Shown here piece after piece: positions 26,876-37,700 of a stretch of DNA of 64,000 nt (positions are counted from its first letter, which is position 1; every line of letters begins with the position of its first letter). The stretch is from the human T2T-CHM13v2.0 reference genome, Homo sapiens, in NCBI RefSeq assembly GCF_009914755.1, contig NC_060936.1. One strand, 5' to 3'. The notes beneath the pieces were generated by a model. It made no database searches and had not been told where the DNA came from. It worked only from the letters and a program-made list of their open reading frames with translations. A program made the position numbers and the translations under genes.

Positions 26876-27689
26876 AACCCCTTATCCCTTAGTTTCACAA
26901 ATTGGTCAAGTCCAATCTAAATTTTGCCAGAGAGCAAAGAAATAAAAGAATCAATGACAATAAAATTTTCACAAAGTCAAATGAATTAAATGTAGAGAAT
27001 GGTTCTTTATTCTGAGGTTAGTCCTCCCTAGTTTCTTCTTATTAAAATGTGATAGTAATAGTAGATGGCAATTATTTTAAAATGTTTTGTGTATTTTTTT
27101 TTTTTCTTGGCACATTTTGGAAAAGACTGTACTAATGCAATCAAACTCCTAAACTGATTTATCTATCAATTTATTAGGACTCTTATTTGCCAGTGGCCAA
27201 AACTGTTTCTGAGAATATAGCTGCTTGAAGTTTTGGACTCATTCATCTGACATATATTCTTAAGTGCTTATTTTGTGCCCATCACTGTCTTGCAATAAAT
27301 AAGACTAAGAATGTTTTTGTTCTCATGAAACCCAAATTGTAGTAATCCACATTTTTTCAACTTGATCACCAAGAGGTAAAAAAATCTCCACAGCTGCAGT
27401 GAGAGTCATTTTCAGGGAAGGATTCCAATTGGCTCAGCCTGAACTATGTGCCTTCCCACCCTTGAACCAATCCCTTTCCCATCCTGGGTCACATGCTCAG
27501 CCCTGGGGGTCCACATGACAGGCCTATTGCTAAAAGGAGGTGAGAGAAACTGCATAGACAAAAACAGAAGATGTTGATGACCATTACTAAAGGTCATCAC
27601 AAAAGTGTGTTTTTGTGCACTACAAGTGCATAGCATTCAGTTTTGGATTTTCCCTGTTAGTCCATGGTCCTTTTGTCCATCTTGGTATT

Positions 27690-28140
27690 TATTTCATGTG
27701 TGTGTTCACTGGAGGTCTGCTGAGATGTTGTACCTGATGTTGGGAATGTAAATATAAATAGAACACAGGTACTTCCCCCAAATAACTCATAACTTGTAGG
27801 CAAGAACAATTGTAAACATTCAATTAAAACATAACATGGTAATTACTCTCATTGGGATCTGGGAAAAGCACTGTTTGCAGAAAGAAATAACTAACCAAGC
27901 CTGGAATGGGTTAAGATTGACAAATGAAAGAAGCATGGAGTAAGCCTTACAGGCATAAATAAAAAGTGGGATGTGAAAAGGCACAGGCTTTTGAAGGAGT
28001 ACTGCATACTTTCAGACCAGTTTAGGGTAGTTAGATCAGTTTAGGATGTGTGGTGGAGGGGAGAGTATGAAATGGGGCCAGAGGTTACAGAGTGAAAGCC
28101 TTATATGACTTGGATTGCATCTTTTAACAAGCCTCTTAAA
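27690..28140 (-). mobile_element. L2 fragment
   Basis: Antisense L2 3' region (tgttgggaatgtaaatataaatag...ctcataacttgtagg); highly diverged. Confidence 0.5.
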
Positions 28141-28899
28141 TGTCTTTGTGGTGAGTGGATTTTCTTTTCTTCAGTCCTGAAAGTTGTTATCCAATTATTA
28201 TTCTTAATGCTTGTTTTGGTCATGTTATCTTTTTGTTGAAAAACTGACATAGACTGCTATGACCTAAAACATATAGTCTAGGCTTGCAGCTCTTGTTTTA
28301 GAGATAATACAAGTGAAGCACTTGAGACAGTACCTGGCAGGCACATGGCCAGTTCTCATTTCATGTAAATTACTCTTGTTATTTGTGTTGTTAGCCTGGC
28401 ATTCCTGCATTCTTTAGGTTATTTTTTCAATTTCTTCTATCATCACTTTCCAATCTGTCCAAAACCCAAGGAACTCATTCTTTCCCAAATGTGTCTTGTT
28501 TCTTTCCAGCTTTGTTCCTGTAGTGTCTTCATAGGTTGGAATCTTACCCATACTTCAAACTCTCACTCAAAGGTTACTCCCATCCCCCTTAGTCAGAAGT
28601 TATTTCTTCTTTCTTCTTATATAATTTTGCTTGAACCTCTTTGAAGACGTTTAACATGGAGTTTTATACTATAGTTATTTATGCATGTGACATCTTTTTA
28701 CATCAACTTGTCTCTAATTTTTTGTTGTTGTTGGCTGACTTTTCTTCCACCAAGGACTGCTACTGGATATTTTTGATGTGGGTTTTTTTGTTGCCTTTCC
28801 TTATTATGAAAGTTAGTATAGGTGTGGTTGTTTCTAAGAGAGCTTTAAATAAATATAACAACTTTTATTTTTTTAAATGTATTAAAATCATTAACTTTT

Positions 28900-29700
28900 T
28901 TCTGAAATCTTTAGCCAATGAAACAAGAGAAGATAATGAAATGAGGTATAAATATTAGAAAGGAGGCAGCAATATTATAATTATTTGCAGAAGATATAAT
29001 CATCTACTTGGAAACAAAGTCTATTCAGTTTATTTGAGAGAATAAACTGAAAAGCTTTAGGAAGATATAGAGAGTTTAGTCAGGTAGTTATAAACAGACA
29101 ATACTTTTGCAATATGCCTATTAGAAAATATGTGTGTATGCGTTTTTGGGGAAAAATGATACAATCTAATAGCACTTGCAACAGAAGTAGAAAATGCTTA
29201 AGAATAAATTTATGAAGAAATCCTCAGGAGCATGGAAAGAATCAAACTCAAGAGTTACTGAATATCATGAAAGAAAGCTTAAATATATGAAGAAATATAT
29301 CAAGTTCCATGGGACATCTTACTATTGTAAAACAAGCTAATCAGTAATCTTTTTTGTTTATTTATCTTCAGACCTTGAAAATTGTTCTAAAATTCATCCA
29401 GCAGACTAGAGATAACACTACTGAAATGGCAATTCAGGATGAGAAGAGTCCTACTCATTATTAAAATGTAGTATACAGCTATATTTAAAATAGTGTAGAA
29501 AAGGTGCAGAACTAGGGAGAGAGATCAGTAGTTTAAAGGAAAAAGTCCAGAAATAGACACAAGAATATGAACATATTTGACCTAGTAGGTGTGGCTTTTA
29601 AAAAGAACAAATAGAAGGTGGAATATTTCATATATGACATTAGGATAACTGACAATATTTGGGGAAAAAAACCAAATTTAGGTCACCAGAATACCATACA
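28900..29700 (+). mobile_element. Ancient L1ME-type ORF2 (RT) fragment
   Basis: ttatttgcagaagatataatcatctacttggaaac = LFAEDIIIYLE (L1 RT LFADDMIVYLE); gtccagaaatagac downstream. Confidence 0.75.
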
Positions 29701-29702
29701 TT

Positions 29703-30279
29703 CAGCTATCTACTAACTAACTAATAGTGGCTTAAAACAAGACCTGTTTTTATTATCTCTCACAGATTCTGTGGGTCAGGAATTTGAGAAAGGCCCATAT
29801 GATTGGGTCTGGCTCATGGTTTCTCATGCAGTTGCAGTGAAATGATGGTTTGGAGCAACTGGGTTCTGGACCAGCATCTCTCTGTGTAGTGTCAGGGCCT
29901 CTTCATGTGGTTCCTTCTCATGGGTGACTTTGGGCTGCCTCACAATGTGGAAGCTTCAGGGACTCCAATTTCTTACATCGTGGTCGAAGGCTTCAGGAGC
30001 AAGTATTTCAGCAAGGAAGACAGAAACTAAATTGTATTTTGTGACTGAGCTATGGAAGTCTCACAGCATCATTTCTGCCACATTCTCTTGGTTAACACTG
30101 GAAAAAAAAAGTCTGTCCAGATTCAGGGGTAGAGGACATAGATCTGCTTTTCTGATGGAAGGGTTGTCAATATCAGGGTAAGAAGAGTATGTGGAATGAG
30201 AGAGATTGTTCCTGGTAAGAAGAGCATGTGGAATGAGAAAGATTGTTCCAGCCATCTTTGGAAAATATAGCCTGCCACA
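29703..30279 (-). mobile_element. MLT1H/G-like LTR containing a 37-bp tandem duplication
   Basis: tagtggcttaaaacaa...ttctgtgggtcaggaattt...gccatctttggaaaatatagcctgccaca. Confidence 0.8.
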
Positions 30280-30368
30280 CTAAGTCACAGGTTGCTGACT
30301 GGGACCTCTTGGATATATCTGAGGGAAAGTCTCCTCATCTCTCTGCACTGATAACTGGCATCGTAGAT

Positions 30369-30556
30369 CAATGATTTTCAAATGATAGCATGTGTCAGAA
30401 TCACCTGGAGGCTTCTTAAAACAGAGATTTCTGGATCCTTTGGCTGGGTTTCTGATTTGTTATGTCTGGGGATAAGAGGATGAGAATTTGCATTTCTGGT
30501 AAGTTCCAAGGTGATATTGATGCTACTGGTCTGAGGAACACATTTTGAGAACCTCC
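30369..30556. mobile_element. MER5A
   Basis: cagaatcacctggaggcttcttaaaacagagatt...ccaaggtgatattgatgctactggtctgaggaacacattttgagaacc. Confidence 0.85.
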
Positions 30557-30619
30557 ATTCTACATTATAGCACTTGTTTCTTTTTGCTTACTAGTGTCCT
30601 TCATGTGGATGTCACGGCC

Positions 30620-32023
30620 TGAGTAAGCAATCCTTTTCCATGGTTAAATCCCTTTCAGGATTGTTCCAGACCCCTATCTGCATTCATAGTGGTCCTAGGG
30701 AGATCAGTGGGCTAAGGAGAATAGGAGAAATTTCCAGGCTTTGTGAATTTCAGCCAGCCTGCACCTCTACCATTTGGAGTGCAAAGGTTACTTGAGTTTT
30801 TGATGGAAAGGAATACTACAGAAGATAATTTGTTGCCATCTGACCCCTTAAAAAACTTTTGCCTCAGGTGCCAAAGATAAAGCTCCTCCTTTTATTAATA
30901 TCTTTTATCAAAGGGTGGCTGATAACCTAAGACAAGTTCTATTTACATAGCACTGTGGTGATGGGCCCTATATGACAAGTGTTGCTATACTGCCCAAAAC
31001 TTTTCACCAAGTCAGCATAGTGACCTGAGAAAGAAATTACAAGAGGCAATCTGGGATCCCAATATCAAATTTAAATATTCTTATAGTCTCCTTTTATGGC
31101 CTTAAAAAATTTCAGGTGTAATTAATCCATGTGAGAAGACCCGAGTTTAGCTGTAAAATCAGAAAATGAGGGCAGATTGTACAATATAGTCTCCTGGGAT
31201 CTGAAATTGGTGATGATATCATGGAAGCTTGGCATCCAGAGGACATCTGGAGATTTATTTTTCCTGGTTTTACAACCCAAGGTTAACAGCTCTGAACTTT
31301 GTAGAAACCCTGATACTGTGACTGGTAAAGTTATTCATAGTTAACTTAAAAGCCAAGCCAAATAAAGTAGGCAGGGAAGAGCATCTTTTCCCATAATTGC
31401 TCAAGGGCAACTTTGAATATTGGGCTCTGATTCTGCCCATATTTATGTAAGATCACAGTTCTGTCTCAGTACACATAGAATCTCCCTTGTTCAGTTTTTT
31501 TAAAAAGATAAATATTTTCTAACCCCAAATTACAGACCTGTTAATGTAATAGAAATTTATCTACCTGTCTATCTTAATCAGTATATTCAGCAATATAAAC
31601 TCAGTTGTATATAGATTTAAAAGATCTTAATTTTCTCCAATAATTGACTTCAAACATGCTTACTTGACATGCCCTTTTTCATCCATTATGTAGAACTTGG
31701 ACAGATCTCATTGTTTTTCAGTCCCTTTCAGGTGTACAAAGTTCAGTTTAAGGATTCTATCTCGCATCCAGCTCAAAGCATTACCTAGCCTCTAATTCAC
31801 CCTTGGCCAGGTAGAGATCCTTGCTAAGAAAGGGAACAGAACCTATCATTTTTCTTACTTTTTTTTTTTCTGGGCTACTCTATCCCTTGGGGTATTGAGG
31901 CCAGACGTAAAGGACGGGTGAAGGAGAAATGTCTCCTGTTTAAGTCACAATACTGCAGTCTTCTCTTTATAGAACTAATTATGTATATGTGTCCTTCCTA
32001 TCTATCTATCCATCTATCTATCC

Positions 32024-32073
<50 letters not shown>

Positions 32074-32098
32074 TTATCTATGTATGTATGTATGTATG

Positions 32099-32142
<44 letters not shown>

Positions 32143-32350
32143 ATCTATCTATGCATGTATCTATTTCAAACTTTGGTTACAAATATGAAGGACCCCCCCC
32201 TAGGTAGACCAGAACCAGAGCTGTTAGGATTACAAGCCGCTAAAAATCTCTGGACCTTTGCAGGTGATATCTACCCAAGAAAGGGCTATAGGTTGTGGTG
32301 CTCCGGAATAATGGTTATGGTGATATGGGAAGGCCAGCCAGTCAGGTTGA
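30620..32350 (+). mobile_element. Probable decayed Ty3/Gypsy internal region (MamGyp-int-like RNase H/integrase)
   Basis: Ordered, frameshifted remnants of FRPYL, FYWP, GxDIM, DQGxNFE, SSxGF and GP(Y/F)xV...YRL motifs; hand alignment only. Confidence 0.42.
31998..32164. repeat. Compound STR (TCTA)2 TCCA (TCTA)2 TCCA (TCTA)12 TTTA TCTA (TGTA)5 (TCTA)10 TCA (TCTA)2
   Basis: Parsed directly; explains the LSIY-repeat ORFs 31918-32412 and 31989-32207. Confidence 0.95.
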
Positions 32351-33599
32351 TCTCTCAATATTATATCCTATTCATACCAATTTGCTCCATATCACTAACT
32401 GGACTTTCGTGACTGAAAAATATTATTTTTTGCTTGGAATTTGGTTGTGAGAGCATCAGGTCACATGATTCCCCAAGGGAGGGTTGTGGGAGAGATTACT
32501 TTTTAGAGGTGGTAATAAGTTCTGCATCCTTATGAAAGAGGTGGGGTTCTCTGCAGGTTTTCTTCACACTGGGGGTTCCCCTGGATTGCCATTATGAGCT
32601 ACTCAAAGATAGCAATCAACAAGCTATAATTCAGTAACAACAAAATTAACTGCTAGGATACAGTTTTATACTAATGAGTATTTTGCAGCATTTGTATTTT
32701 ATAAACCACCTTAAGGCATTAAAGTGAGTTATAAACATCTTCAGTGGTATGATTATTAGCCATATCTCTCCACTAATGCAACTACACAAATAGTTACATT
32801 TTAAATAATCTTAACCTCCCCTCTCTTTAAAATAGTCATTATCTCACTCAGCACTTCATATTTTAATTCCAGTGTTTATTCTAATTTATTTATTAATACT
32901 GGATCTAAATAATTTTAGGTTTACTTTGATACTAATAGCACAAACTCCATTTGCATTGATCTTAAGTAAACTTTCCTATTCTTGAAGCATTGGAGTTCTG
33001 CAGAGAAATACACCTCTTCCTGGCAAATAATAATATAATAGTATGCTGTCTGTCATATACTAAAATGATGTAATTGACCAACTGTCAGGAAATGTTCTCT
33101 AAAGTTTTTTTCTAGTGATCATGTTGAATTACTCTGTTGGCTGTAGTTAGAGATGTAGTCTTGCAGAAAGATATTTCTCTCTTTGAAGTTAATTGACTCA
33201 GATAAGGAATGAATGTGCAACATTAGCCTCATAAGCAGCACACCCTCTAACCAAGTGAATTGCTTAAATAATATTTATCACCATTATGTATAAAAATCTA
33301 TTGTTTATTAAAAGCCTAGTGCATCTGCTTCTCACACAGCATTAATTCATCTCCAGCTATCCAGAAAGTTAGGGAAAAGCCAGTGGAAAGACAGAAGAAA
33401 GCCAGGAAATAGGAGTAGGTAATGGGAGGATGAAGTATCAGTTAGCTTTAAGCACAAACACTAAAATTCATTCAAAAGCTTTTCATCCCAGTTTGGAAAA
33501 AATAATTGTTTTGGTTTCCTTGTATAAAAGGTGAGTTATTAAGCATTTAATGTAATACGTGAAAGGTCAACTGTATTGTTTCTTTCCTTCTGTTTATAA

Positions 33600-34250
33600 T
33601 CACACCATTCTCCTTGGGAGGTGGGAGATCAGTTATTGTATTCCTAAAGAAACCAGGAAAATGAATATTTCTTTTGTGGTCCTGAAGTTTGAAGTTTCAT
33701 GATGTGCCATTAAAACGGGGCCAGGAAAAGAAAGGCTAGGTGTTTGTATTTTTCCCAGGGGTTGGAGAAATGAAGGTTTGACCTTTCAGGAAGTAGGTGA
33801 GTTCCTCAGAGAAGAAGGAACCAGAGACCGATTGTTAATTTATGTGGTGAAGACTGGGATCTCACCAGAAAGTAGTGTCTAAGAGGTGTCATGACTCCGC
33901 AGATGATATTTGTCTAGGTGTCAGCAAGGACCGTGTACCAAAAGCTGTCCTGTGGGGACCACAGATTAGCTGGATGCTAATGATATGAATGCCATCTGCA
34001 GAACAGTCCACCTTTGGGTGTGCATAGGCATGATGAGCATTTCAAGTGAGACCAGGATCTCTCCTTTATTTCCACAGGATTTTGTAATCCCACGGGTCTT
34101 TATAAGCTTCTGTGAGAGGGAAGGAAGCCATTTAAAATGACTGACATTGCTGACCATGGCAAGTGAGGTTCCAGAGGTAGATTTGATTTGATATAAAAAG
34201 GAAACATAACATTCTTAGCCCTTTGTGTATGAGGAGAAACTGCTCATATT
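33600..34250 (+). mobile_element. Possible MamGypLTR-like ancient LTR
   Basis: Purine-rich LTR-like block ending tttgatataaaaaggaaacataacattctt, reminiscent of Gypsy-LTR 3' ends; downstream of the Gypsy-like pol. Confidence 0.3.
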
Positions 34251-35009
34251 AGCATGCACACCTTACCTCGTTCACTCCTGAGAATTTCTAAAGGGATTAG
34301 TGGTATTCCTTGCTGTTCACATTCTCATTCCCTTTAAACTCCGATATATACAAAAGTGTGGAAACAATATTTTTATTTTGGGGAAACTCTTTAAAATAGG
34401 GTCAATTAATTTTAACTGCAGCGTATTTGAATGGAAAAATAGTTATATTAATAAAATATAAATTACTTCTGTTTAGTAGAAATTCAAGTCATGATCTTTA
34501 GCTTATATAAAATAAGCAGACTGTAAGCCTCATTGCTGATTTGTGAATTCCAGAGACCAAATAGTAGTTATTTGACTTACTGCAATGAAGAATACACTAA
34601 AGTGATAAATAGAATCATCATTTAAATGTGCTGAGGCTGGCATAATTTAATATGTCATGGAGTTGGCATAAAGTATTTAGAAGTACTCTAAAATGAACAA
34701 CAGACAAACATAACCTCTAATTGAACTGGCACATGGCTGAGAAACTACAGATTTTTGTTACGATTCTATCAGAGGATAATTAGCTGAAAAGATAAGAATG
34801 GTACCTAAGATTAATGATAACATCAATAAGCTACTTGAACTCAATAGGCTGAAAAATGAATATGTGGAACACAGCAATTAAGCACCTTTGGTTTAAATAA
34901 AGCACCCTTAGTTGCCAGGAAAATTTCCCATGGCATTTGTGTTTCCATTGGGAAATATTTCTTGGGATTGGGATAACCAAAGCATTTCAAAAACAATGGA
35001 AACAATAAC

Positions 35010-35110
35010 CAAGGTAAAAATATTTTAGAAATAAATAAACTCTTCCTGGCTATTAATATCTTAAGTTCTTAGCAAAATAACAGAGTAGATATTAAGAAAA
35101 AAAGTATTAT
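35010..35110 (+). mobile_element. L3/CR1 RT fragment, left part (interrupted by THE1)
   Basis: cttagcaaaataacagagtagatatta = LSKITE*IL, like CR1 PGKIMEQII; continues right of THE1. Confidence 0.5.
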
Positions 35111-35115
35111 ATATG

Positions 35116-37433
35116 TGTATTAGTCTTTTCTCATGCTGCTAATAAAGACATACCTAAGACTGGAAATTTATAAAGGAAAGCAGTTTAATGGACTCATAGT
35201 TCCACATGGCTGGGAAGGCATCACAGTCATGAAAGAAGACAAAGGAGAAGAGCAAAGAGATGTCTTTCATGGTGGCAGGCAAGCGAGAGCTTGTGCAGGG
35301 AAACCCCCCATTTATAAAACCATCAATCTCATGAAACTTATTCACTATCACAAGAACAGCATGGGAAAGACTCACCCCTGTGATTCAATTAACTCCAACT
35401 GGGTCCCTCCCATGACATGTGGGAATTGTGAGAGCTACAATCCAAGATGAGATATGGGGGGACACAGCCAAACAATATCGTTCTGCCCCAGGCCCCTCCC
35501 AAACCTCATGTCCTCACATTTCAAAACCAATCATACCTTCCCAACAGTCTCCCAAAGTCTTAACTAATTTCAGCATTAACTCAAAAGTCCACAGTCCAAA
35601 GTCTCATCTGAGACACAGCAAATCCCTTCTGCCTATGAGCCCGTAAAATCAAAAGCAAGTTAGTTACTTCCTAGATACAATGGGGGTACAGGCTTTGGGT
35701 AAATACAACCATTCCAAATGTGACAAATTGGCCAAAATGAAGGGGCTACAGGACCCATGCATTCTGGGAAATCCAGTGGGGTAGTCAAATCTTAAAGCTC
35801 CAAAATGATCTTCTTTGGCTCCATGTCTCATATCCAGGTCATGCTGATGCAAGATGTGGCCTCCCATGGCCTTGGGCAGCTCTGCCCCTGTGGCTTTGCA
35901 GGATATAGACCCCCTCCTGGCTGCTTTCATGGGCTGGCATTGAGTATCTGCAGCTTTTCCAGGTGCACAGTGCAAGCTGTCAGTGGATCTACCATTCTGG
36001 TGTCTGCATGACAGTGTCCCTCTTCTTACAGTTCCACTAGATAGTGCCCCAAGTTGGGACTCTGTGTGGGGGCTCCAACCCCACATTTCTTTTCCTCACT
36101 GCCCTAGCAGAGGTTCTCCATGAGGGCTCTGACCCTGTAGCACACCTCTATCTGGACAGCCAGGCATTTCCATCCAGCCTCTGAAATCTAGGTGGAGGTT
36201 CCCAAACCTCGGTTCTTTACTTCTGTGCAACTAGAGGCCCAACACCACATGTAAGCTTCCAAGGCTTGGGGCTTGTACCCTCTGAAGCAATGTCTTGGGC
36301 TGGATGTTGGCCTGTTTTAGCCATGGCGTGAATGCAGGGGACCAAGTTCAGAGACTGCACAAAGCATGAAGGCCCTGGACTTGGCCCAGGAAACCATTTT
36401 TTTCCCTCCTAGGCCTCTGGGCCTGTGATGGGAGGGCCTGCTGTGAAGACCTCTGATGTGCCCTGGAGACATTTTCCCCATTGTCTTTACTTATGCAAAT
36501 TTTTACAGCTGGCTTGAATTTCTCCTCAGAAAATGAGTTTTTCTTGTCTATTGCATCATCAGGCTGCAAGTTTTCTAAATTTTTATGCTCTGCTTTCCTT
36601 TTAAACATGAGTTCCAACTCCAAACCATGTCTTTGTGAATGAATAAAACTGAATGCTTTTAACAATATCCAAGTCATCTCTTGAATGCTTTGCTGCTTAG
36701 AAATTTCTTCTGCCAGATGTCCAAAATCATCTCACTCAAGTTCAAAGTTCCACAAATCTCTAGGGCAGGGCAAAATGCTGCCAGTCTCTTTGCTAAGGCA
36801 TCACAAGAGTCACCTTTTCTCCAGTTCCCAACAAGTTCCTCATCTCCATCTGAGAGCACCTAAACCTGAACTTCATTGTCCATATCACTATCAGCATTTT
36901 GGTCACAACCATTCAACAAGTCTCTAGGGAGTTCCAAACTTTCCCACATCTTTCTGTCTTTTTCTGAGCCCTCCAAACTGTTCCAACCTCTGCCTGTTAC
37001 CCAATTCCAAAGTTGCTTTCACATTTTCAGGTATCTTTACAGCAGTACCCCATTTCTGGTACTAATGTCTGCATTAGCCCATTCTCATGCTGCTAAAAAA
37101 GACACACCCAAGACTGGTAATTTAAAAAGGAAAGAAGTTTAATGGACTCACAGTTTCATACGGGTGGGGAGGCCTCACAGTCATAGCAGAAGATGAAGGA
37201 AGAGAAAAGGCATGTCTTACATGGTAGCAGGCAAGAGTGAGCTTGTGCAGGGGAACTCCCCTTTTTAAAACCATCAGATCTCATGAGACTTATTCACTAT
37301 CACGAGAACAACATGGGAAAGACCTCCCCTCCATGATTCAATTACCTCCTACAAGGTCCCACTCATGATGTGGGAATTGTGGGAGCTACAATCCAAGATG
37401 AGATTTGGGTGAGGACACAGCCAAACCATATCA
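35116..37433 (-). mobile_element. Full-length THE1 (THE1B-like) provirus: LTR 35116-35480, internal 35481-37069, LTR 37070-37433
   Basis: Two homologous LTRs, ~1.6-kb MaLR internal region, perfect TSD atatg at 35111-35115 and 37434-37438. Confidence 0.96.
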
Positions 37434-37438
37434 ATATG

Positions 37439-37700
37439 CATCCAGAGAGTAGTAAAAGCCTGGGTGATAAGCAGCATGGGCTGATACAGAACAGATCATG
37501 TCAGACATTGAATTGCATTCCTTTGATCAAAATACAAAGTGGATGAAGGGAATTCAGTAGATGTAATATATCTGGACTTTACTAAAATCATTTGCTTAAT
37601 GCCTTATGAAAGCTTACTTAATATTTTAATTAAAATTAGCTTAACTATTTATACCGATACATAGCTTGAAATAAAGTTATACATAAAAAAGGGAGATGAG
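37439..37700 (+). mobile_element. L3/CR1 RT fragment, right part
   Basis: KQHG...RSCQT and VDEGNSVDVIYLDFTK (37539-37586) match the CR1 RT motif VDxGxxVDVIYLDFSKAFD. Confidence 0.85.

Noticed and set aside
31918-32412. 164-aa ORF with LSIY repeats
   Set aside because: Kept open by the stop-free TCTA microsatellite
35664-36927. Several ORFs in the THE1 internal region
   Set aside because: Fragments of degenerate MaLR internal sequence with frameshifts; not an intact gene
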